DNA from: Anthoceros angustus | Taxonomy: Eukaryota; Plantae; Anthocerotophyta | Reading direction: 5' to 3' | Length of the DNA stretch: 64,000 nucleotides | NCBI GenBank assembly: GCA_010909165.1 | Contig: MU008208.1 | Coordinates: forward strand, 269,851-333,850 | In this document: positions 11,601 to 22,673 of the stretch, in pieces | How the letters are laid out: every line of letters starts with the position of its first letter | Position numbering within the stretch: position 1 is the first letter of the stretch | Made by a program: the position numbers and the translations under genes | The notes under the pieces: model-generated | Databases searched by the model: none | Told to the model about the DNA's origin: nothing | Seen by the model: the letters and a program-made list of their open reading frames with translations, nothing else

Positions 11601-14140
11601 GACCACCTCGAGGACGCCTACAAGGTAGGTGTGAGGATGGAGAGTGGCCACGGAGATTGATGATCTCCAAATGCAGTATCATAACTTGGGGGCTCACCTC
11701 CACAACAGGATTTTGAAGGCCAACAACGAAGTCTTACGGTTGGCCAAGAGGAGGACAATAGGTCCTCATGATGATGATCGGAAGGAGCTGAAACAAGTGC
11801 AGCCAGAGGCCTCCGATTTTGATGAGGCCATCAGTGAAATGGACTCCGAGGAATCTGAGGAGTCAGGAGGTGGAGGAGCGGCCGTGGCGCTAGGGGTGGG
11901 AGGCGTGGAGGCCAAGAGACAGCCCACCCTCAGGGGTCACCCTACAGTGGGTGACCACCTACCATGGTAGTCTGCCCGGACTACCACGGTGGGTGACCAC
12001 CCTACCACGGTGGCGGGGAAGGAAGGAGGTCTCGGAGGAGGAGGCGGCGGAGGCTGATGGGGAGTTGGGCGAGGCTGGCTGAATCTGAGCAGGGGTCGAT
12101 GTACCCCCTAGAGGCGGTTGGGTGGTGGGAGACAACCCCAGGAGAAACTAAGGGAGGAGGCGGTGGGAGGCGGAGGAAGGGTGAGAATTCCCTTATCCAT
12201 GAGTAAGGGAGGAGGCCGAGGAGGAATCCAGTAGCAAAAGGGCCGGAGAGGTTAGGAAGAGGATCCGCATGGTGGGCGGATGGGGATGAAGGCTCTTTTA
12301 GGGTGCTCTATGATAGGTATGGACAAATCAAGCAGGCAAGAGCAAGGGAGAAGGCAGAACGGCCGAGGAAGGCCGAATGGTAGTCTATGAGAGAAGGACT
12401 ACGGAGGGGTGAGAGGGGTGGGGAGTCCCACCATCTCATTTGTGCCTACAGAGGCACCCGCACTACCCGGTGAGGCGGTCTACCCAAGGGTGGGCGGCCT
12501 ACCGTGGTAGGCGATCACCATGGTAGGTAGGCGGACTACCACTGGGGCGCCTACCACGGTGGCGGGCACCCCTCGCCAGCAAGCCTACGGTGGCGGGGAA
12601 GGAGAAGCGGCCAGGTGCCGCCGAGCCACCATCTCCGCGGGTGGGAGGCGGATGGAGCGGCAGTGAAGGGGCCCGCGCCCGCAGCGAGAGCTGGAAATTT
12701 CCAGAAGAAGGAGGGTGGAATTAGGACCCCTAGGAGAATTCTTTGGGTGCTTGTGAAGCACTCAAGCGTGGATTTGAAGGGGCTAGGGACCTAGCAGCCT
12801 CCTTGTGGGCATGCAAGAGGAGGAAATCCCAAGACATGGCGGAAGCAGGACCAAGTGGCAATTGGAGGCCATGGAGTCCGAGGCAGCCAAGCTGGAAAAG
12901 GTCAGAGAAGCTCCAACGACCTCATAGAACGGCGGAGAAAGCCTGGAAGGGAAGTTGTCACAAACCGAAGAAAGAGCCATTCGGGCAACAACCCAAAAGG
13001 ACTCTTGGAGGCAAAAGGCGGAGAGCATTTTGCCCAATTGGAGCAAGAAAGGAAGAGCAAGGCTGAGGCACTAGGAAGGGAGAAGCAGGCAACTCAGCAA
13101 GTGGCCGCACATGAGCAGGTGATGGCTACTCAAGCCATCAAAATCCGGGATATGGGAGAGGAATTGAGAAGGACCCGGTATAATTTGGAGGAGGGCCGGG
13201 AGAAGCACAAGACCAGGTTGGAGCTGGGCGAAAAGATGCTTGGCAAGCGGAGAAGGAGGGCTTGCCATGCAATGGAGCGAAGGAGGTCTCGGAGGAGGAG
13301 TACCACAAGAAGGTGGTGCAGAATCGGTAGTGAGGAAGCGGCGATTTTGGGCGATGCCCTTGAGCAAAATTGGCCAGCTACTAAAGGAAGTGAGGGAGGA
13401 GAATGTGACCCTCCATGTCAAGGTGGGGAATTGACCACCTCGAGGACGCCTACAAGGTAGGTGTGAGGATGGAGAGTGGCCACGGAGATTGATGATCTCC
13501 AAATGCAATATCATAACTTGGGGCTCACCTCCACAGATTTGAAGGCCAACAATGAAGTCTTACGGTTGGCCAAGAGGAGGACATTGGGTCCTCATGATGA
13601 TGATCGGAAGAGCGCAACAAGTGCGGAGGCCTCCGATTTTGATGAGGCCATCGTGAAATGGACTCAGGAATCGAGGAGTCGGTGGAGGAGGCGGCCGTGG
13701 CGCCAAGGTGGGAGGCGCGGAGGCAAGGAGGGACAGCCCACCCTCGGGGTCACCTACCACGGTGGGTGACCACCCTACCATGGTAGTCTGCCCGGACTAC
13801 CACGGTGGGTGACCACCCTACCATGGTAGTGCGGACTGGTGAGCTGCCAGAGCACCTGATGAGTTGGGCGAGGCTGAAGAGCCGGGGTCCAGTATACCCC
13901 CTAGAGGAGGCGGTTGGGTGGTGGGAGAGACAACCCCAAGACTAAGGACGGTCCAGGCGAGGAAGGAAGGGTGAGAATTCCCTTATCCATGAGTAAGGGA
14001 GGAGGACCCGAGGAGGAATCCAGCAAAAGGGAGAGGTTAGGAAGAGGATCCATGGTGGGCGATGGGGATGAGATCTTTTAGGGTGCTCTATAGGTATGGA
14101 CAAATCAAGCAAGGCAAGAGCAAGGAGATCTTGACCCGAA
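5620..14140 (+). mobile_element. Shuffled array of partial copies of the Gypsy extra 3' ORF (plant-transposon-domain-like region + coiled coil) and 3' UTR
   Basis: Recurring in-frame blocks: EEENIQLGWVYGRQWAYTNLELIEECYINLHQ; KWRLFAKIVLGLVNYQRT; NFLQFLWKISMGAKPDWGTIMYEAYIHH; LLTSKELEDAWHPFEVIHLQPSLERPLPFALRK; WQLEAMES...AEEHFAQLEQERK; ATEIDDLQMQYHNLG. Copies switch register at short shared words. Confidence 0.8.
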
Positions 14141-15965
14141 ACCCTCACCTAAGCGGAGGAAGAAGGAAGGAAGGAAGGAGATAGGGACGGACTACCACGG
14201 TAGGTAGTCAACTTTGCCCGATGATACTTCTGTGTAGGTGCGAATAAGCGACCGGGCGGGCGGAGGCTGGCGGCCGAGAGCGATTCTTTGGGGCGGAGGA
14301 ATCAGGCGCCGCCCGCAGAGATGGAGGAAGGAAGGGCAAGATTGTACTTGCCCACACATTAGGAAGCGGACAAAGGGAAGGGCAAGAGCAAAAGGAGGCG
14401 AGGGGCCAATCCACCACGGATGCGTCCCTACCCGGTGAAGACTAGATGTGGTCAAGGGCCATAAATGCTAGGTAGAAGAATAGGAAGGACGGTGATGTAA
14501 CGACATCCTTGAGGATAGACTTAGGTGAAGTTGCTAGAATAGAATTTCGAGACGGACAATAGACTTAGGTGCGGACATTAAATCTTGGCGGTAGGAAATA
14601 ATAGAAAATTGGAAAAGGTGACTGCGGTAGGGTCACCCAAGGGAGGTTGTATGTGGAAGGCCTCCTATAAGAGGAGGAGGTTTCACAAAGTAAAGTATCA
14701 TGTCTTGCGCTTCCACGCTCATGAGTCCTTTGCCATTCTGGAGGAATTTCGTGCGTGAGCCAACCAGTCGGTAGAGAGGAAGTCGCGGTGGTCGGAGTGC
14801 TTGGTGGAGGACTTGCTCCTGCAAGTGCCTAAGCAGTTGCTCCCCTTGTGAATGGTTCTTTGTGAAATTGCTTTGCTTTGGGTGTGTGGCAAATGCCGAG
14901 AACTCTCGGCAACGAGGTAGACTAGGAAAGACTCCTGGAGGTTCTCAGCGGTGTCAAACTCATAGCAAGCCCAAGGAAGAACTTCTGGTGGAGGCGGACC
15001 CAGGCGGTTAGACTAGGAGGAAGAGGATGAGGAGGATTTCACAAAGTAAAGTATCATGTCTTGCGCTTCCACGCTCAGAGTCCTTTGCCATTCTGGAGGA
15101 ATTTCGTGCGTGAGCCAACCACGTCAGTAGAGGAAGTCGCGGTGGTCGGAGTGCTTGGTGGAGGACTTGCTCCACCAAGTGCCTAAACGAGTTGCTCCCC
15201 TTGTGAATGGTTCTTTGTGAAATTGCTTTGCTTTGGGTGTGTGGCAAATGCCCGGAGAACTCTCGGCTTGAGGGTAGACTACAGGAAAGACTCCTGGAGG
15301 TTCTCAAGTGTCAAACTCATAGCAAGCCCAAGGAAGAACTTGCTGGTGGAGGCGGACCCAGGCGGTTGTCGTAAGGTCGAAACCGATGGCCAGGCGAGGT
15401 TAGAATAGGAGGAAGAGGATGAGGAGATGAGAAGATGAGTAGAGGATTAGAGGTTTAGGTGTTAGTGGAAGGCCACAGGCGAGCCTAAGGGACGAATCCC
15501 AAATGCAAGTAAAAAGCGCTCCACAGGTGGAGAAGAGTGGTCTTAAGTAGGTGAAATCGCGGTGTGGATCGGGGGTCCTGGGCCGTGATAGGCTCCTCGG
15601 CTTGAGGGTAGACTACAGGAAAGACTCCTGGAGGTTCTCAAGTGTCAAACTCATAGCAAGCCCAAGGAAGAACTTGCTGGTGGAGGCGGACCCAGGCGGT
15701 TGTCGTAAGGTCGAAACCGATGGCCAGGCGAGGTTAGAATAGGAGGAAGAGGATGAGGAGATGAGAAGATGAGTAGAGGATTAGAGGTGTAGGTGTTAGT
15801 GGAAGGCCACAGGCGAGCCTAAGGGACGAATCCCAAATCTGCAAGTAAAAGAGCGCTCCACAGGTGGAAGAGTGGTCTTAAGTAGGGACGAAATCGCGGT
15901 GTGGATCGGGGGTCCACAGGCGCCGTGATAGGCTCCTCATTGAGGCGGGGACACAATTGTTTTGT
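14140..15965 (+). mobile_element. Gypsy 3' UTR, polypurine tract (AAGGGAGG 14639-14646) and looped 3' LTR fragments starting TGTATG at 14648
   Basis: ggtcacccaagggaggt|tgtatgtggaagg. The same TGTATG end abuts unrelated DNA at 30274, which defines the LTR boundary. 15254-15590 is re-used at 15590-15930. Confidence 0.75.
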
Positions 15966-16203
15966 GTCGTTGTAGGTTGTGCTTATTCTTTTTATTGAGC
16001 TTGATCAAGTCATCAAGACTCAATTTGCCTTCCTTAGCAGCGGTTTCATGCATGTGGTGACCGCATGGCCTTGCCTTAAGCTTGATCAAGTCATCCACAT
16101 TCTTTTTATTGAGCTTGATCAAGTCATCAAGACTTAGATGACCACAACGTTGTCTTAGGTCCTCGAGCAACTCATAATTATTGCTTGGTCGCGAGGAATT
16201 CAT
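15966..16203 (-). pseudogene. ALY/REF-like gene, 5' fragment only (truncated by an LTR sequence)
   Basis: MNSSRPSNNYELLEDLRQRCGHLSLDDLIKLNKKNVDDLIKLKA...KEGKLSLDDLIKLNKKNKH, then a join to LTR DNA at ~15965. Confidence 0.6.
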
Positions 16204-16367
16204 TATTGCTTGGATGTTTGTGCTCTATAATGTATTTAAAATTGGTCAATATGGATTATTTCTGTGAAAAATATATTCAACCGTGGTGGTTGCTCTCAAT
16301 ATCCTAGGCAAATCAATTGTTAGGAGTTCTCGAGGTGGAACCCTTGCAAGGATGAGCAATTTTACCG

Positions 16368-16611
16368 ACCACTTATTGTTTGATAGATGTTCAATTTTAT
16401 AGACCACTTATTGTTTGATAGATGTTCAATTTTAGACCACTTATTGTTTGATAGATGTTCAATTTTATAGACCACTTATTGTTTGATAGATGTTCAATTT
16501 TATAGACCACCACTTATTGTTTGATAGATGTTCAATTTTCAATTTTATAGACCACTTATTGTTTGATAGATGTTCAATTTTATACACCACTTATTGTTTG
16601 ATAGATGTTCA
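16368..16611. repeat. 35-bp minisatellite x7 (ACCACTTATTGTTTGATAGATGTTCAATTTTATAG)
   Basis: Adjacent units, no spacers. Confidence 0.95.
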
Positions 16612-18329
16612 CGAGGTGGAGCGTGGCGAGGATGAGCAACTTAACAAAACCACTTCTTGTTAGGCTTTCCTAAGGTGCAACGTTGCGGTGGGCAACTCAA
16701 CCAACCACTTAGATGATGGCTCCTTTATAGATGACCTTGAATACTAGATACTACTCTGAGGATATTTGATATTTCCTTTCTAGCATCTTCAAATTGTTTT
16801 TCTTGTGATAGGTACTATAAATGGATATTTGATATTTCCTTTATGGCACGTTCAAGTTGTTTTTCTTGTAATACATACTATTAATGGATATATGATATTT
16901 CCTTTCCAGATGTTCTAATTGTTTTCTTGTGGTAGCGATATTATATTTATATTTGGTATTTTCTTTTGTGGTATCTTTGAATTTCTTTCACGCTCGTATT
17001 GGTCCATCTTAGTAACAAAATGGCATGGTTGTGCAACTTAATAATTAAGTCTCCTCACCTTGCCTTCTTAATGTACAACATGTCAATTGGAGAACTAAAC
17101 TACACCAAAATCTTGTAGGAATAGAAGTTGATGTGGGAAATAGTTACCACATTGATTAGACAAAGGCATTTGTTTCGTTCCTTGATGAACTTTGTGACGT
17201 GAACTAAGCAATGTCATGCCTAACACTTCAGCCCAAATGTGGTAACATGGTCATAGTTTTAACCTTATCAATGTTATGAATTGCGTGCTAAACTTACGTC
17301 AACTTAAGGCTGGCCTTGATTGCCACGAACCTTTTATGTTGAAGCTCACGATGGCCTCCCAAAACTGCTTCTTACTAAGGGCTGTCCATGGCATTCAAAC
17401 CTTCATCAAAATGAGCCATTCGTATATCTAGTTTCGCGGCACCGAAATCTTTATCAAGGTGCCCAATACTGCAGGGCGCAAGCGGCAATTAGGAGACCCC
17501 ACTACTTTAGTGTAGATGAGACCATCCAATTTGTACACTTTACATAAAGAACTACTCATCATATTATGATTTCAAGGATGGATTCGACTATCAAACTACG
17601 TAGGGCAGAAAACAAACCTAGACTTGTAGGATAAGAGGTTAGTCGTAGAGAGACTTTGCGTTCTGGAATAGCAGGGTTTGACCTACTTTGGGCTTTTCTT
17701 GTGAATACATAAGCATTGGGATTCTCATCTTATCTCCATTTTCAAATTTCATGGCCAAAGCGGAAAAAACATTACTACAATAATATAAATTAAACCACTA
17801 GCACAACAAAAATTAAGGCATAATAAAGCAAAAAAGAATAAAACATAAAACAAAACAAAACCTCAAACAACGGCAAAACAATAGAGAGAACCTTGTGCAT
17901 CTTTTGAATCTTTAGACATTTGGCTTGGGCCCGACTCAAGTGCACACCATACCACTTTCGTTCTCGCATTGCGGTAATCAAGAAGAGCATCGGGTCAAGG
18001 AAGATATTATTGTGCCAAATGTCTAAGAAACAAAGTCTTGTAGGATTCCCAGCGAGAGTATAGTCTTAGGATTGGTAGTGCAGTGAAAGGTTGATCAAAA
18101 CAAGTTTGCACACCAAAATCACAAGCCCTAACACTCTAAATGTTTGTACACGTGCGGATTGTGAGAATGACCTTCTTTAGGAAGGCTCAAAATTGGATAA
18201 AATTGAGAATCAAATGCGTTTGTGCACGTAAACAAGACCTAAACTATTCAAAATGGTCTTTTTAGTGCGGATTTTTAGCATGCAATTTGGGGTTTTCGTG
18301 CGTGTGCAAAAGGTTCTTGGAGAAACCCC

Positions 18330-18780
18330 TTTCTACCGACATTCGTAGAAACCCATGTTAATGATCGATCCTTCTTGTCTGGTGGTAACACAATATCGGC
18401 GACGATTACTCGCCGTGCATTGAACTTGAGAATTTATGGTCTTGGTAATGACATTGTTGCACCACTTGTGGCTGCAAAGGAGTTTCTCAATAGGCTAGAG
18501 GTCGATGTGGTGGTTGCTCGAGCCTTGCTTGGAAAGGATCTTGGTAGAGACCGCATATTGATTATGACTTTTCACTCCATGGATGATCGCCTCCAGTTAT
18601 GAAGGCTAGGTCTATGTTACAGACGACTCGGTATATATCAATCGATCTTACACCATTGCAATGGAAGATTAAGAAGGAGAAGTTACACCTTTTCGTCTTG
18701 CAAGTCAGGCTTTCTTTCATGGGGATGAATTTGTGGTGTTTAGCCCTCGTTCATGCATTTCATTAACATTATTGATTGAT
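18330..18780 (+). pseudogene. LINE ORF1p-like fragment (RRM end + C-terminal domain)
   Basis: Joining across two frameshifts gives RDRILIMTFHSMDDRLQ/MKARSMLQTTRYISIDLTPLQWKIKKEKLHL/FRLASQAFFHGDEFVVF. This fits the RPILVxFxSxxDRxxVLKxxxxLxxxxIxIxxDLTxxQxxxRKxL...AFFRGD pattern of L1/CR1-type ORF1 proteins. Confidence 0.5.
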
Positions 18781-18901
18781 TGAAGATTATTTGTCTTGTT
18801 TGAATTTTACCTTTGCATTCGTCTAGACCATTTTACCGCAATCTATGTAGTTGCCATATTTCAATCCTATGAAGATCCGTCCTTAGTGGACTTGAATAAA
18901 T

Positions 18902-18934
18902 TTCTTCTTCTTCATCTTCTTGTTGTTGTTGTTG

Positions 18935-18979
<45 letters not shown>

Positions 18980-19016
18980 TTCCTCCTCCTCTTCTTCTTC
19001 TTCTTCTTCTTCATCT

Positions 19017-19051
<35 letters not shown>

Positions 19052-19053
19052 TT
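18902..19053. repeat. Compound trinucleotide microsatellite (CTT)n/(GTT)n
   Basis: Read directly. It explains the poly-K and poly-L ORFs in the track. Confidence 0.97.
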
Positions 19054-19254
19054 ACAGTTATTAATTGTATTTAGAAAACTATGAAACTTCTTCACCTCTA
19101 GGTATTGTATGTATACATGTTTAGTATAGTGATTATTTTCACTAGCATAGTAAATAAAAATATTTATTTAATTATTTATGTATGCTATTCTTTGCAACAA
19201 CAAAGAAACATACAACCATATTACATACATATCAGGCCCTTCTTGTTTCCACCT

Positions 19255-20242
19255 TTAAATTTGCATACTAAATTGTGCTAACATGAAGTCTTGCGATATG
19301 CAATCTCGCATCACTTGACCATGGTACACATCTAGCTCCGCATCCAAGACCTCGCACTTTTGACTATGGCGAGGTGGTTGGCTACCTCCTCTTCCTATAA
19401 CATGTGCCGCCACACTCCCATTTGGGGTCGTTGGTTTGCCGCTTGTATTATCATTCGCATATCAATTGCCTCAATGGTCATTGGTTTGCCATCAAGATCA
19501 AGTGGTTGTTTGGCTTAGTGGTTCGACGAGCTTTTCAAGAGAACCACAATAACCGTTAGGGTTGCAACAAAGTCGGGGCTCAAGTATCACAAAGTTAGAG
19601 ACTTCAACTTAAAGCTGAGACAAGATCAAACAACAAAATCCAAATGTAAAATTGAAGTTCAAAACCGCCCAATCATATATCGACAAGCTAGGGCACAAGT
19701 AACACTAAATATGCACAAGTTCCACTAAGTACTTAAGCATCTAACTGCACACCAAAGTGTGTAGTTACAAACCTTGGAGGTTAAGTAGGTGCGATTCGTC
19801 TTGCTACATGCTATAAGTCGTGTGTCAACACCTCCGAGCCCCCCTCGAGAACCTCTCGTCCTTGGCAGATTCGTCCGCATTGGATGACGAGCACCGCCAC
19901 GCCTTGCTTTCTTTTATTGAGCTTGATCAAGTCATCAAGACTCAATTTGCCTTCCTTAGCAGCGGTTCCATACATATGGTGACACCGTGGTCCTTTGCCT
20001 TAAGCTTGATCAAGTCATGCTTATTCTTTTATTGAGCTTGATCAAGTCATCAAGACTCAATTTGCCTTCCTTAGCGCAGCGGTTTCATGCATGTGGTGAC
20101 CGCCACCGTGGTCCTTTGCCTTAAGCTTGATCAAGTCATCCACATTCTTTTTTGAGATCAAGTCATCAAGACTTAGATGACCACAACGTTGTCTTAGGTC
20201 CTCGAGCAACTCATAATTATTGCTTGGTCGCGAGGAATTCAT
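19255..20242 (-). pseudogene. ALY: ALY/REF (THO complex subunit 4)-like mRNA export adaptor gene or pseudogene, copy 1
   Basis: N-terminal KLSLDDLIKLNKK x3 (ALY N-UBM is MSLDDIIKxNR), then an R/G-rich stretch. Exon end ...SK|GTTTGT, donor at 19772, where plant ALY has APYxxxK. RRM end LDGKPMTIE at 19470-19496 (plant ALY: LDGKPMKIE). C-UBM VLDAELDVYH at 19321-19350 (plant ALY: DLDADLDKYH). The RRM appears shortened. Confidence 0.7.
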
Positions 20243-20406
20243 TATTGCTTGGATGTTTGTGCTCTATAATGTATTTAAAATTGGTCAATATGGATTATTT
20301 TTGTGAAAAATATATTCAACCGTGGTGGTTGCTCTCAATATCCTAGGCAAATCAATTGTTAGGAGTTGTCGAGGTGGAACCCTTGCAAGGATGAGCAATT
20401 TTACCG

Positions 20407-20641
20407 ACCACTTATTGTTTGATAGATGTTCAATTTTACCGACCACTTATTGTTTGATAGATGTTCAATTTTATAGACCACTTATTGTTTGATAGATGTT
20501 CAATTTTATAGACTACTTATTGTTTGATAGATGTTCAATTTTATAGACCACTTATTGTTTGATAGATGTTCAATTTTATAGACCACTTATTGTTTGATAG
20601 ATGTTCAATTTTATAGACCACTTATTGTTTGATAGATGTTC
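20407..20641. repeat. 35-bp minisatellite x7, copy 2
   Basis: Same unit as 16368-16611. Confidence 0.95.
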
Positions 20642-21287
20642 ACGAGGTGGAGCGTGGCGAGGATGAGCAACTTAACAAACCACTTCTTGTTAGGCTTTCC
20701 TAAGGTGCAGCGTTGCGAAGGTGGGCAACTCAACCAACCACTTAGATGATGGCTCCTTTATAGATGACCTTGAATACTAGATACTATCTGAGGATATTTG
20801 ATATTTCCTTTCTAGCATCTTCAAATTGTTTTTCTTGTGATAGGTACTATAAATGGATATTTGATATTTCCTTTATGGCACGTTCAAGTTGTTTTTCTTG
20901 TAATACATACTATTAATGGATATATGATATTTCCTTTCCAGCATGTTCTAATTGTTTTTCTTGTGGTAGCGATATTATATTTATATTTGGTATTTTCTTT
21001 TGTGGTATCTTTGAATTTCTTTCACGCTCGTATTGGTCCATCTTAGTAACAAAATGGCATGGTTGTGCAACTTAATAATTAAGTCTCCTCACCTTGCCTT
21101 CTTAATGTACAACATGTCAATTGGAGAACTAAACTACACCAAATCTTGTAGGAATAGAAGTTGATGTGGGAAATAGTTACCACGTGATTATTTTCACTAG
21201 CATAGTAAATAAAAATTATTTATTTAATTATTTATGTATGCTATTCTTTGCAACAACAAAGAAACATACAACCATATTACATACATA

Positions 21288-22278
21288 TCAGCCCTTCTTG
21301 TTTCCACCTTTAAAATTTGCATACTGACTAAATTGTGCTAACATGAAGTCTTGCGATATGCAATCTCGCATCACTTGACCATGGTACACATCTAGCTCCG
21401 CATCCAAGACCTCGCACTTTTGACTATGGCGGAGGTGGCTACCTCTTCCTATAACATGTGCCGCCACACTCCCATTTGGGGTCGTTGGTTTGCCTTGTAT
21501 TATCATTCGCATATCAATTGCCTCAATGGTCATTGGTTTGCCATCAAGATCAAGTGGTTGTTTGGCTTAGTGGTTCGACGAGCTTTAATAGAGAACCACA
21601 ATAACCGTTAGGGTTGCAACAAAGTCGGGGCTCAAGTATCACAAAGTTAGAGACTTCAACTTAAAGCGTGAGACAAGATCACAACAAAATCCAAATGTAA
21701 AATTGAAGTTCAAAACCGCCCAATCATATATCGACAAGCTAGGGCACAAGTAACACTAAATATGCACAAGTTCCACTAAGTACTTAAGCATCTAACTGCA
21801 CACCAAAGTGTGTAGTTACAAACCTTGGAGGTTAAGTAGGGTGCGATTCGTCTTGCTACGGTTATCGTAAGTCGTGTGTCAACACCTCCGAGCCCTAGAA
21901 CCTCTCGTCCTTGATTCGTCCGCATTGGATGTGAGCATACCTTGCTTTTTTGAGCTTGATCAAGTCATCAAGACTCAATTTGCCTTCCTTAGCGCAGCGG
22001 TTCCATACATATGGTGACCGCCACCGTGGTCCTTTGCCTTAAGCTTGATCAAGTCATGCTTATTCTTTTTATTGAGCTTGATCAAGTCATCAAGACTCAA
22101 TTTGCCTTCCTTAGCGGTTTCATGCATGTGGTGACCGCCACCGTGGTCCTTTGCCTTAAGCATCAAGTCATCCACATTCTTTTTTGAGCTTGATCAAGTC
22201 ATCAAGACTTAGATGACCACAACGTTGTCTTAGGTCCTCGAGCAACTCATAATTATTGCTTGGTCGCGAGGAATTCAT
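21288..22278 (-). pseudogene. ALY: ALY/REF-like gene or pseudogene, copy 2
   Basis: ATG at 22278; SLDDLIKL repeats; VARRIAPYLTSK|GTTTGT with donor at 21823; LDGKPMTIE at 21522-21548; VLDAELDVYH at 21381-21410. Confidence 0.7.
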
Positions 22279-22440
22279 TATTGCTTGGATGTTTGTGCTC
22301 TATAATGTATTTAAAATTGGTCAATATGGATTATTTTTGTGAAAATATATTCAACCGTGGTGGTTGCTCTCAATATCCTAGGCAAATCAATTGTTAGGAG
22401 TTCTCGAGGTGGAACCCTTATTGGATGAGCAATTTTACCG

Positions 22441-22673
22441 ACCACTTATTGTTTGATAGATGTTCAATTTTAGACCACTTATTGTTTGATAGATGTTCAA
22501 TTTTATGGACCACTTATTGTTTGATAGATGTTCAATTTTATAGACCACTTATTGTTTGATAGATGTTCAATTTTATAGACCACTTATTGTTTGATAGATG
22601 TTCAATTTTATAGACCACTTATTGTTTGATAGATGTTCAATTTTACCACCACTTATTGTTTGATAGATGTTCA
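22441..22673. repeat. 35-bp minisatellite x7, copy 3
   Basis: Same unit as 16368-16611. Confidence 0.95.

Noticed and set aside
5620-14140. eORF as a retroviral envelope gene
   Set aside because: No signal peptide or clear hydrophobic transmembrane stretch in the recoverable peptide blocks; the position is env-like but the composition is coiled-coil and acidic.
16368-16611. 35-bp repeats as a CRISPR array
   Set aside because: The units are contiguous with no unique spacers, there are no cas genes, and the context is eukaryotic; this is a minisatellite.
18375-18602. RsmH/MraW rRNA methyltransferase (IMTFHSMDDR resembles VISFHSLEDR)
   Set aside because: The similarity is limited to one short word. 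The downstream frames (ISIDLTPLQ...AFFHGD) fit a LINE ORF1 C-terminus better, and no RsmH N-terminal motifs are present.
18796-19095. Poly-Leu and poly-Lys ORFs
   Set aside because: They are translations of the (CTT)n microsatellite.
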